A stretch of DNA of 42,839 bases from Basidiobolus meristosporus CBS 931.73 (Eukaryota > Fungi > Basidiobolomycota). The stretch's first letter is position 1. Each line of letters starts with the position of its first letter. The stretch spans positions 1 through 42,839 of the forward strand of contig MCFE01000712.1 of assembly GCA_002104905.1 (NCBI GenBank), in the 5' to 3' direction. Shown here piece by piece: positions 25,424-37,618 of the stretch. The translations under genes and the position numbers were made by a program. The notes under the pieces were generated by a model. The model was given only the letters and a program-made list of their open reading frames with translations, ran no database searches and had not been told where the DNA came from.

Positions 25424-26646
25424 TGGAAATTATACCATTCCTACTCACATTTTTGGTTGGGATTTATTTTCCAACGTTGCGTGATAGCCAGATATATATT
25501 TGTTTCCAAGATGATGACGAAATGAAAATATCCGATATGATGAATGCCGAGTCCCGAAAATCACGTGACTGATATTGATTGCCAAATCATCTCCGACTAT
25601 CCCAGGAAAAACCTATTATAGCTTTTGGACTGCTACGCTTGAAGAGCCTTAATCTTAACAAATATAGAGTTCTGGTCATGATGGGAGGAATTTCACCAAT
25701 TCGAATGGTGGGTTATGTGAGCAACGTGAACAACGGGATCTTATTTTGATGGGATGTGACACTCTGCTGCAGGCCTGGAATAGTTGGTTGGAAGTCGTGG
25801 CATAGAGTAGAGTTTGCCCAAAATCAATTCAAACCACTACCTTCGTCCTCTTAGATCTCTATCAAACATAGATACGGAGCCACTGACTTTCATGGAGATC
25901 TGCCCGTTTTGGTATATTAGCTGACAAAGCGCCAACACAGGCCCGATAAAGCACGTCTTGATAGCGGAACATTTCGTGGATGATTTGTACATCGGGGAAA
26001 GGAGAGAACAGGGACAGGAACAGGGACGGGAGCAGGAACAGGACTTGACTGCACTGGGTCATATTGGGGATATCTAAGCCACCAATAGTCGAAACAAGGC
26101 TCTCGAACAAAACATTAACCTGCCGGATATGGGAAGCAGTGATTGAGCAGTGATTGTAGGAGCAATACCAATACCTTCACAATTCATTCATTACATGAGC
26201 ACCGGCTTGAGGACTCTTAGAGTAATGTCTACTGCTGCTGCACAACGAAGAGCAATACAATGTGTTCCTTCCTCCAATCAGACCCCTTGTACCCACCTCT
26301 CGTGACAAAATCTGATCCGAACGGCCAATGGAAAAAACCCACGTACGTTCGTTGAATGAGCATCTGAGAGTAATAGGACTGCGTCGATCAGAAAATTCCT
26401 CTTCCAGCATTCAGCTAATTAATATGGGAAACTCTGAGGTGACACAAATGAATTCCCCCAAGCTGCTACGTGTCTATTTGCCAATGAATCACCTCGTGGG
26501 GGGTGGGCTGTGGGGTTTTCAGGCACTAACTGAAATAGGCCGTCTCGAGTGATCCGAATGAAACAAACATTGCCCTTAACACGGCCTATAAATATCCAAG
26601 CCTCGGTTGAGCCGATTATCACTGAGCATCTCTTGATACTTCGGTG

Positions 26647-27929
26647 ATGGCTACCATTAAGGCACACAACATACCCAAGGAGACTTCACAGGTTCCTTGG
26701 GATAAGCTTCCTCTTCACAAGAGAATCCACTGGGTTCACACCATCCTTCTAACCGCAACCCCCCTCATCGCTCTCTATGGGTTCTTGACCACACCGATCG
26801 TTTCCAAGACGATGGTCTGGGCAGTGGTGTACTATTTCATGACAGGAATCGGTATCACCGGTGGCTATCACCGCCTTTGGTCCCACAAATCCTACTCGGC
26901 TACTTTGCCTCTCCAGATAGTCTACGCCTTTGTTGGCGCCGGTGCCGTTCAGGGCTCAATCAAATGGTGGAGTCGAGGCCACCGTGCACATCATAGACAC
27001 ACGGATACGGATAAGGTAAATGCACATCTCCACATCTTCCTCGAAAGCATCTCTAACCTTCATCGAATCCACAGGACCCTTACAGCGCACAGAAGGGATT
27101 GATCTACTCACACATCGGTTGGCTAATCATGAAGCCCGAGCCCGGAAAGATCGGCCACGCTGACACCTCCGATCTGAACAAGGACCCCGTTGTCATGACC
27201 CAGCACAAGTATTACGCTTACTTGGCGCTCTTCGCTGGCTTCATCTTCCCCACTCTTGTCGCGGGATTCGGATGGGGTGATTGGAGAGGAGGATACTTCT
27301 TCGCTGCGGTTGCCCGTCTGGTATTCTTGCATCATTCCACCTTCTGTGTCAACAGTCTCGCACACTACCTTGGCGAGCAGAACTTTGATGACAAGCATTC
27401 GCCCAGAGATCACATTATCACCGCCCTGGTCACCTTCGGGGAGGGATACCACAACTTCCACCACGAGTTCCCACAGGATTACCGTAACGCGATCAAGTTC
27501 TACCAATACGACCCAACCAAGTGGTTCATCCGCACCTGTGCCCTTGTTGGCTTGACTTATGATCTCAAGTGCTTCCCCAAGAATGAAATTACCAAGGGAC
27601 AGGTCCAGATGGCCGAGAAAAAGATCGCCAACATCAAGAAGACCCTGGACTGGGGAACCCCGTTGAGCGACCTACCAAGGTACTCGTTCGAGGAGTATCA
27701 GAGAAAGGTGAAGGACGAAGGGCATTCTTGGATCGTTGTGAACGGAGTCATCCACGATGTTGAGGAATTCATTGAGGATCATCCAGGTGGCCAGGCGCTC
27801 ATCAAGTCTGGCATCGGCAAAGATGCTACGGAGGCTTTCAATGGTGGTGTTTATGACCACAGTAATGGTGCCAAGAACTTGATCACCACTATGCGTGTCG
27901 GTGTGATCGAATCCACCAAGGAACAGTAG
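26647..27929 (+). CDS. OLE1: Delta-9 fatty acyl-CoA desaturase with C-terminal cytochrome b5; exons 26647-27015 and 27075-27929 (407 aa)
   Basis: His boxes HRLWSH, HRAHH and HNFHH; TDTDKDPYSA across the intron; b5 heme motif HPGG; TATA at 26587. Confidence 0.97.
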
Positions 27930-29162
27930 TTTTCTACCTCAAGAGAAGCTTACCTGTATGTAGTATTGCCCTTTAACCCTATCCTATTCATCCACCTTAA
28001 CCAGGATATGTACAGTAACAGCAACATCCACCAAATAAATCACCAAGACGTCTTATTTATTCTGACCGTATGATCCGTTGGGGAATGTGTTGTTAGGTCA
28101 CCTTGGGGCAAACGAGAGTTTACCATCAGAAGTTGTGGGTCTTGGGGTTAACCTAGACAAGAATGGCTGGGAACGACTTAGTATACGACAAGCTAAAGGT
28201 GATCGAGACAACAAACTTTGGAGGGAACAACGGCAACATACTCATCTATCGTCGCTGATTAAGGTGCATTGAGTATTTATATTCCTGATGCCTGGATATA
28301 GTGTGTATACCACTAGTGTGTATACCATTCGCTTCCAGTGGATGCTAATGGTAGCACCTCCAGGGATACAATCACATATGTAATAATCAAAGAGCCGCAT
28401 ACGAAAAAGCTATACATAGCTTTGGTGATACTTGCGTATTGATATGCATCGTGCGAAGAGCTACCATGGAATATACCATTCGAATTACTAGCGATGCCTG
28501 TGAGAAGGCGGGAAAACTTTGATAATCTTGTAAGTCAGATCTGGATAAAATGGATCCTATGCTATAATATCGACGGTTGGAAATCCGCACTCCAGAGTTA
28601 GTTCCCATGGGGTTGATGTCCCTACTAAGACCCATGTAAGTGAAACCTAAGGAATATTTAAATGCTAAAAGAGCCATGTTGTGCAGCTAACCTGAAATAA
28701 AGAACGTAGAAGTCACATCGGAAAACCCTTAATTTTTCTGGGTAACTTTCTGCTAACTTTCCTCATTTGTTCTAGCGCGCACGAATGTTGTTAGTATCGT
28801 TCCAGTATTATCCTCAGCCAAATAGTGGATTGCGGGGGATGCAAAGGATACCAACCAACGATTCTAATCTGATGATCAAGATCAATGCATGTAAAGTGTG
28901 TTGGAAAAAGGTAATCGTTCAAAAGTCGCAACATAAATCCGATCTCCACCAACTCTAATTTCCTGGCCAAGCCACCATATTCATAATTGTTACGTGATAG
29001 TATTTGCTGTTGATTGGAAATTTTTCTTCAAAATGTCGCTGGTCAAGGTGGCTTAGATAGACTGCTTGACTACCTACCTCTAAGCCTCATTCTCGGTATA
29101 AAATATCCATCTTGCTGCCTTTACCAGACATCAACTGACTATCTCCGCAACGCATTTCCAAC

Positions 29163-30631
29163 ATGGCTTCCAACAGACAGCATCTTGAATTTGATGGTGA
29201 ATACCAAAATGGCTTGACCGGTAGAAGCAACCAACAGAACTACCCTCACTCTCGCTACGGACGTCAGTATGAGCAAGATGAGTATGACAACGAGTACCAA
29301 AGAGGAAGAAATAGTCAGCAAAACTACCCCGTTCTCGCTTGGGTCGTCAGTACGAGCATGATGAATATGAAAGAGGATTTGTAGGCAGGAACAGACAGCA
29401 GAACTATCCCCGTTCTCGCTTTGGCCGCCAATATGAGCAAGACGAACTTGACAATGAGTATGAGAGAGGATTAGCCGGAAGAAGTGGACAGGACAACTAC
29501 CCTCGTTCGCGCCTTGGACGCCAATATGAGCAAGACGAGCTTGACAACGAGTATGAGAGAGGGGTTTCTCGCAGAAATGGTCAGCGGAACTATCCTCGCT
29601 CTCGCTACGGACGCCAGTACGAGCAAGATGAGTATGACAACGAGTACCAACGAGGAAGAAATGGTCAGCAAAACTACCCCCGTTCTCGCTTGGGTCGTCA
29701 GTACGAGCATGATGAATATGAAAGAGGATTTGTAGGCAGGAACACACAGCAGAACTATCCTCGTTCTCGCTTTGGCCGCCAATATGAGCAAGACGAACTT
29801 GACAATGAGTACGAGAGAGGGGTTTCCCGCAGAAATGGTCAACAGAACTATCCTCACTCTCGCTACGGACGCCAGTATGACCAGGGTGAGTATGACAACG
29901 AGTATCAAGGAGGAAGAAATGGTCAGCAAAACTACCCCCGTTCTCGCTTGGGTCGTCAGTACGAGCATGATGAGTATGAAAGAGGATTTGTAGGCAGGAA
30001 CAGACAGCAGAACTATCCCCGTTCTCGCTTTGGCCGCCAATATGAGCAAGACGAACTTGACAATGAGTACGAGAGAGGGGTTTCCCGCAGAAATGGTCAA
30101 CAGAGCTATCCTCACTCTCGCTATGGACGCCAGTACGACCAGGGTGAGTATGACAACGAGTATCAAAGAGGAGGAAATAGCCAGCAAAACTACCCCCGTT
30201 CTCGCTTCGGTCGCCAATATGAGCAAGACGAACTTGACAACGAGTACGAGAGAGGTATTTCTCGTAGAAATGGACAGCAAGGCTACCCACGCTCTCGCTA
30301 TGGACGCCAATACGAGCAGGATGAGCAAAACAATGAGTACAGGAGAGGATTCGCAGGAAGAAATGGCCAACAGAACTACCCTCGTTCTCGCTTCGGTCGC
30401 CAACATGAGCTTGAAAACGAGTACGAGAGAGGAGTTTCTCGCAGAAATGGTCAAGAGAACTATCCTCGCTCTCGCTATGGACGTCAATATGAGCAAGATG
30501 AGCTTGACAATGAGTATGAGAGAGAGATTTCTCGCAGAAATGGCCAACAGAACTATCCTCGTTCCCGATTCGGTCGTCAGTACGAGCAAGGTGGCAATGG
30601 AAGAGGAATTTCTCGCAGAAATGAGTACTGA
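29163..30631 (+). CDS. Arg/Tyr/Glu/Asp/Gln repeat protein, paralog 1 (16 repeats; 1-nt deletion in a C run near 29327-29330)
   Basis: Same N- and C-termini as 31726-32946; TATAAAA at 29097; repeat NYPRSRFGRQYEQDELDNEYERGVSRRNGQQ. Confidence 0.8.
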
Positions 30632-31725
30632 AGCTCCTCCTACTATGTCTTAACACCTGGTGAACTTGACGTTTGTAAGGAATCATTCCTGAAAGGCTTC
30701 AGGTTTAAATAAAGGCAATGCATACTCAGGATATGAAGTTAATTAGATAGTGATTGGTAAAGGAAAGATGGGTTTTTTGAAATCAGCGCACGTTTGGCAT
30801 GCCAAAAACCACGGATCTTATAATGTTATGCTGCGGTTTGGATGACTTGCTATTCTCGGCATTTCAGAAATCTTGTGACAAAAATACTCCTATGACATGC
30901 ACAAGGATGAAATTAATGTGGTCTGTCTTTGCCCTTAGTCCATGGAGTAGGCGAGTGAGCTCTGAATCAAGCCACATCCATAAAGATTATTCAGGGTGTT
31001 GGTATGAGCTCTATCGTATTGGCTTATATATATGTAACTTGTACTTTTAAGTGACTAAGCAAGGCCCCAAGGTGCTATGTGCAAATCCTGAGCACTCGTG
31101 GCCAATATCGAATGTTTGGATTTCATTTCGAAAAACCACCCGATCATGGGATTGGCTTCGTCCGAAAATAAGGAGTTCATAAGTCTATTTTCACGCCGAA
31201 TACAAGGTGTTCCAGTGGGATATAAAAGTAAACCCCACTACTATGTCAACCATCCAATAAATATGATCCGTATTAACCTTTATTGAATTTCATGCTCGAA
31301 ACCTTGGAAATCCACTCATGATTTGCAGAGCGTGAAGTGTTTGCAAGTGAAGTAAAATTTTCACCCCATTACGAAGAAAGCAAACAACGATAAACCGATA
31401 ATTAACATCAAAATATGCCAATTATATGGGTGTGCTCATGAATAATAAGATGGTCGTTCAGAAGTCATGCCATAAACCAGATCTCCTCTCGCTGAAATTT
31501 CCTACTAGCCAAGCCACCATGTTCGTAATTGAGTGCACTACTCAATTGATTATTACGTGACAGCATTAGCTGTTGATTGGAAATTCTTCTTCAAAATGTC
31601 GCTGGTCAAGGTGGCTTAGATAGACTGCTTAACTACCTACCTCTAAGCCTCATTCTCGGTATAAAATATCCATCTTGCAGCCTTTACCAGACATCAACTG
31701 ACTATCTCCGCAACGCATTTCCAAC

Positions 31726-32946
31726 ATGGCTTCCAACAGACAGCATCTTGAATTTGATGGTGAATACCAAAGTGGCTTGACCGGTAGAAGCAACCAACAG
31801 AACTACCCTCACTCTCGCTACGGACGTCAGTATGAGCAAGATGAGTATGACAACGAGTACCAAAGAGGAAGAAATAGTCAGCAAAACTACCCACGCTCTC
31901 GCTTTGGCCGCCAATATGAGCAAGACGAGTATGACAATGAGTACGAGAGAGGATTAGCCGGAAGAAGTGGACAGGACAACTACCCTCGTTCGCGCCTTGG
32001 ACGCCAATATGAGCAAGACGAGCTTGACAACGAGTATGAGAGAGGGGTTTCTCGCAGAAATGGTCAGCAGAACTACCCTCACTCTCGCTACGGACGCCAG
32101 TATGAGCAAGATGAGTATGACAACGAGTACCAAGGAGGAAGAAATAGTCGGCAAAACTACCCACGCTCTCGCTTTGGCCGCCAACATGAGCAAGGCGAGT
32201 ATGACAATGAGTATGAGAGAGGATTAGCCGGAAGAAGTGGACAAGACAGCTACCCTCGTTCTCGCTTTGGCCGCCAATATGAGCAAGACGAGTATGACAA
32301 CGAGTACCAACAAGGAAGAAATGGCCAGCCAAACTACCCACGTTCTCGCTTTGGTCGTCAGTATGAGGAGGATGAGTATGATGAGTATGAGAGAGGAGTT
32401 TCCCGCAGAAATGGTTCACAGAACTATCCTCGCTCTCGCTATGGACGCCAGTACGAGCAAGATGAGTATGACAACGAGTACCAACGAGGAAGAAATAGCC
32501 AGCAAAACTACCCCCGTTCTCGCTTGGGTCGTCAGTACGAGCATGATGAGTATGAAAGAGGATTTGTAGGCAGGAACAGACAGCAGAACTATCCCCGTTC
32601 TCGCTTCGGTCGCCAATATGAGCAAGACGAACTTGACAATGAGTACGAGAGAGGCATTTCTCGTAGAAATGGGCAGCAAGGCTACCCACGCTCTCGCTAT
32701 GGACGCCAATACGAGCAGGATGAGCAAAACAATGAGTACGAGAGAGGATTCGCAGGAAGAAATGGCCAACAGAACTACCCTCGTTCTCGCTATGGACGTC
32801 AATATGAGCAAGATGAGCTTGACAACGAGTATGAGAGAGAGGTTTCTCGCAGAAATGGCCAAGAGAACTATCCTCGTTCCCGATTCGGTCGTCAGTACGA
32901 GCAAGGTGGCAATGGGAGAGGAATTTCTCGCAGAAATGAGTACTGA
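31726..32946 (+). CDS. Arg/Tyr/Glu/Asp/Gln repeat protein, paralog 2 (406 aa, 13 repeats)
   Basis: Intact ORF; TATAAAA at 31660; AATAAA downstream; promoter and 3' flank are duplicated with paralog 1. Confidence 0.85.
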   Translation: MASNRQHLEFDGEYQSGLTGRSNQQNYPHSRYGRQYEQDEYDNEYQRGRNSQQNYPRSRFGRQYEQDEYDNEYERGLAGRSGQDNYPRSRLGRQYEQDELDNEYERGVSRRNGQQNYPHSRYGRQYEQDEYDNEYQGGRNSRQNYPRSRFGRQHEQGEYDNEYERGLAGRSGQDSYPRSRFGRQYEQDEYDNEYQQGRNGQPNYPRSRFGRQYEEDEYDEYERGVSRRNGSQNYPRSRYGRQYEQDEYDNEYQRGRNSQQNYPRSRLGRQYEHDEYERGFVGRNRQQNYPRSRFGRQYEQDELDNEYERGISRRNGQQGYPRSRYGRQYEQDEQNNEYERGFAGRNGQQNYPRSRYGRQYEQDELDNEYEREVSRRNGQENYPRSRFGRQYEQGGNGRGISRRNEY

Positions 32947-35900
32947 AGCTGCTCCTACTATGTCTTAACATCTGGTGAACTTAACACTTCTCAGGGATTT
33001 TTTCTGAAGTGCTTCAGATTTCAATAAAAAACAATTCATAGTTCCCTACGTGATTGTTTGTCAGTGGGTGGTTACTCAAAATGATTAGGTGAACGCAAGA
33101 TGAGCTTTTGATTTGGTGCATGTCCAGCATTGCCGTACACAACTGATCTGCAATGCAGCATCGAAGCATTTATGCCATTATTCTTGATTTAAGGAGATGT
33201 GCATCTAGTTGCCACAACTATTACATTGGCAGTTGATGTTAGGCCGTCCAAGATGCATATTGAATAATTGCTTTATGAGTGCAGTGGAGACTTACTACAG
33301 AGCCCACCTGACATTATTGATCTTTATGCTAGCACCTAATTTTCTTTGGGTGCAATCATTAGGTTGGTCACTGCTACTGGAGTGCCCAAAGAAAAAAAGG
33401 TTAGCAATGTGCACCCAGAATATTGCATAATATCAGCATAATGCCAAGTTCTCTATATTGCAAATAGCAAAATGTTAGACTCCTGCTATATGGCAGAAAT
33501 AATGACACTTTGTCTAAGAAGAGGCTAGAATGTACCATATTAATAAGCCAAGTTTGGTAATAAGTTACTTGCTAATTTTACAATCATTTACAACTAAAAA
33601 TATGAAGGTATATTGCCATCACAATATCAGTAGAATATTAGTAAATCATCAAATGAGTTTTACATAAGGCATTTTCTTAGGGGCACAAATCACTATGGAT
33701 CCAAGAAATTAATTCTTTGCAAGATTTACTTTTTAAATCATGCATTGCAAGGCCAAGTTAGAGCTTTGTCAAAATCCAGAAAGTACAGGTAGCCAGGATG
33801 AGCTTGGACTTTGCTGTTCTCAAAGGTCCTCAATATCTAGTCAAAAAGAAAGATGTAGGAAAGCTGCTTACTAATTGTTCTGCATCAACATTTAAAACTT
33901 AGCCAATATTACTCCATCAGAAAATCTAGTACCCTTACTGATTTTCCCTAACCCAATCATAGCTGATCCCAGTTATAGTTTATTTTATCTCTTCTCAGAA
34001 TCTATCCTTAGCTGTCACACCTGATCAATTCTCATCTGGCCATTATGTTATCAATTTATCTGCCAAGCCTTCCCAGGTGAATAGTCATCTGAGATCTATA
34101 CAACAACTTAGCAGTTGCCAAGACATCAGCTGATCAATAATGCAATTTTCATTTATCTTATGCACCTATCAGCACTCCAACAAATTTCAATTAGTTCAGT
34201 CACCTGATGCTAACTAATTCAACTAGATCAAAAAAGTATAAATAAAGTTTACCAAACCTTTTGGTTTAGTGTGTTTCTCAACAAATTAAGATTACGTATC
34301 AGCAAAATTAAGAATTCAACAATTGCATTCTAGTTTCTACCCAAGCCTTGCATATCTAGTACTTACAAGAACACCAAGCCTAGCCTACATAACAAACAAA
34401 CTTTATTGCCCTAAAGCCAAACCCAGCTATTTAGAACACCAATACTAGACCAGAACCTCTCTGCTAATATTTCTGCCACTCTCTGACAATTCTAAAATTC
34501 TGCACTTGACTGTTAGAAAGGTTTAGTTGAGTTTTTGTAACTGCTCTAACACATCTAGTACAATATTTTTCAAAAATTGTATAAAAGTATTCCATTGTCC
34601 CTTTGGTTCAGTTAAACCCTTCAAGAGCTTTATTACACTTTTCTCTTGGATACAACATATACAAGAAAACTACCACTAGTATACCAGCTGAAAATCAGCT
34701 GAAAATCAGATGAATCCCATGTTTGAGATTTTTCATAAGGCAAACTTAGAATAAGATCCTTGTGGGTTTAAACTATCTGTCACTTGACTCAAAATGACAT
34801 TATGCTAGCACTTTGTACTTGAATTGCTTATTATTTGGGAGCTCCTACCTAGAGCAAATCAGCAGGGATGTGATACCTCGGGTGTGCAAAAGGTGTTTCA
34901 GAGTGTCATAATCAAGAGATATATCACACAAATAGGAAAATAAACCTGCAACTGGCTGCATATCCCTGTGTATACAAGTGGAATTTGTAATAAGTTGTTG
35001 GTAACAAACTATCCAGTGCTATGCACTCAGCTGTGATTTACATTTGATTATTCATATGCTCAAATAAAACAGGATTGGAGTATTTCATGGCCTTCATAAA
35101 GACTTGTAGTATGTTAAGGCACACTAATTATCATTTTACTCAGCAACAAATATTTGCATCCACATCAAGAAGAGGTATGCTTGGTACAAAAACCATAGAC
35201 TCCAAATTACAATCTGATAAGACATATGGTGTCTAGAGTGCTCCATTGGGCAATGTATAGTCAGTAATAGAACATTCCATATGCACAAAGGATGGGAATA
35301 ATTTCCCATCTTTGCTGGAAGTTTCATCACAAACCCTGGTTGCTTTGTGCATGACTTATGGTTACAAACAAAAATTCTTGTTACCAATTATCTTGATTTT
35401 TGTCTTAAACGGAATAGCGTCTACTCAGCCAAACAATGGTGTTGGTGGGCACAGTAACTAATTGATTAGGGATCTTTTGAAGGCATGTATGTGTCAAAGT
35501 TGTACATACATTAGATTTGTACCTTGCTAGAAATGATAAGACAATTTACCCTCACATCATGTTTGACTTTGAGTTCATTGTGGATTCATATGGTAGAGAT
35601 CAAAGTTGAAGTACATATTCTAGGCAATTCATTCCACATCTAGAATAATCTTCACATTTATTTGTATAGGCATAAATCACACACAACTTTGCCATCACAT
35701 TATCATTATCAGCAATACTTGCATAGTGCTATGTGACATGTACTTAATGTCCAATTTGAGAAGTTACCAACCAATTCCCATGTTACAACAAGGAGAAACC
35801 ATGATTTCTTCCAAAGCGGATTCTTGGGCCATCTTCACCCAAAAGGTTTGAGAGGCAGACCCATCAAGAAAGATAGAAGGCAGTGCACTGTTCTGGTCCC

Positions 35901-36127
35901 AGGAGAGGAGCCTGCCTCCATTACACTGCAGAATAAAAGAATCCCTATAGACATGACTAGTGTTGGTGTAGACGCATATATAAGATATGCACTTGACAAT
36001 TTAGAGAATATCATCTCACTTTGAGCCACAAGCTTCTATCTCTAGGCAAAAAAGCTTACAATACTGGACAACCTATCCAGTATGCAAAAAATGAACCCAG
36101 GAAGCCTCTACAAAACGGTGAAAATTA

Positions 36128-37163
36128 CCTCATGCTGTCATTATTGGAGGTGGTGTCTCTGGTCTTACTACCACTTGGGCTTTAAGAAGCTCTGGGTGTA
36201 AAGTAACTGTTCTAGCAAAGCAGTATGCCCAGCCCAGAGCTCATGGCAATGAGATTGTATCCAAGATTGCAGGTGCTTTGTGGGAGTGGCCTCCAGCAGT
36301 ATGTGGCTCCAATGGGAAGGATACTAAGGAGCAACTTGAAGACCTCAAGACATGGAGCCAAGTATTATATATACAGCTCAAGAATATTGCCAATAGATAT
36401 GGTGCTAAAGAGACAGGCATCCGTAAGCGCATGTTGTGCTTCTTGTTTGATTGAAAGCTTGGGCTAGATGGGCTGCAGAAGAAGCATGAAACCAAAAGTG
36501 TGTGTGAGGATTTCAATGATGATCTTTCACATCTGATTGAAAAGTACAGGATCAACACAAATTTGGAGAAGAAAGGCTACAATATTGTTGATGGGTATGA
36601 GCATCTATCATATGTGGTTGACCCTGGAAATTACCTTCACTGACTAAGGAGGCAGGTTGAAGATATGGGGGTTGTGCTTCAGCACGGAGTAGTGGAGGAC
36701 ACACTCTACAAGGAGATACCCTATCTGCTGAAACAGTTCAAAGCAGACATTGTCAACCAAAGAAAAGAAGCTCAAGGCTGAGGAAGGAAGGTTCAAATTC
36801 ATTGTCCCTAGGAATGACAACATCCTTATCCTTGGTGGTTACGCCCAAATGGGACAAGAGGCACTTGAATGGGATGAGGAGAATGGGATGATGAGCACTG
36901 GATATCTGGAAAGAATGAGAGCTGGATGTGTCAATCTTTATCCCAATTTAGCTGCTGAATTCACCAATTATTATTATTGTGCAGGAATTTGGCCATTCTG
37001 TGATGAGCCTTGTGTAGGCCAGGATGAATTGAATCCTAGATTATTCCACAACTACGGTCATGGTGGATCAGGCTTTACTCTTTCCTATGCGTGTGCACTA
37101 GACACTTGCCAAATTGTCAAGAGCAACTTCAAAACTGAATTCAGACCAACCAGCAACCTCTAG
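36128..37163 (+). pseudogene. FAD-dependent oxidoreductase, D-amino-acid oxidase (DAO) family, pseudogene
   Basis: Frame from 36128 reads HAVIIGGGVSGLTT (Rossmann GxGxxG) ... IAGALWEW. In-frame TGA at 36451 and 36641; frame break with apparent internal deletion near 36750; C-terminal HNYGHGGSGFTLSYACA. Confidence 0.85.
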
Positions 37164-37618
37164 AAACCTCCCAATTACCTAATACCAAACATTATCCTTG
37201 AATTTTTTTGTGAAAACAGGGTTAATTTGCTCTTGAGTTTTCAGCATTGCATCAAATAATAAACACATTCTATATCCAGACTGAGCTCTGACAGGCATTT
37301 TCAAGCTTAGGTACATGGGCAACCTATATATTGGGGTGTGAAGGTTTAGTTTTGTTGCCTTTAAGACAGTATATACCTGAGATTTTTATGAATGATAAGT
37401 AGCCACTGGCACTATAGTAGCGCAAATTGATAGCCATTGTTTCACGTTAGCTGGAAAAGCAATATGATTTAGTGTACATGACCTGCAATCCAATATTGGG
37501 CTTGAGCTCTGACAGGTATTGGAAAGCTCATATGTGCACATTGTATCAGGCATATATTATACTCTCTTAGATATAATATGTCTGATAGATTTCCAAGTGT
37601 GATTGTTGCCTACACAAT

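Noticed and set aside
25860-26410. Small minus-strand ORFs upstream of OLE1
   Set aside because: Short, no credible start or splice model, no recognisable motif.
29139-32971. Antisense ORFs of 515, 372 and 425 aa over the Arg/Tyr repeat genes
   Set aside because: Stop-free shadows of repetitive coding DNA; the promoter and poly(A) signals support the plus strand.
33100-35700. Decayed coding sequence or transposon in AT-rich subtelomeric DNA
   Set aside because: There are stop-riddled stretches, but I could not recognise any motif; it needs a translated HMM search.
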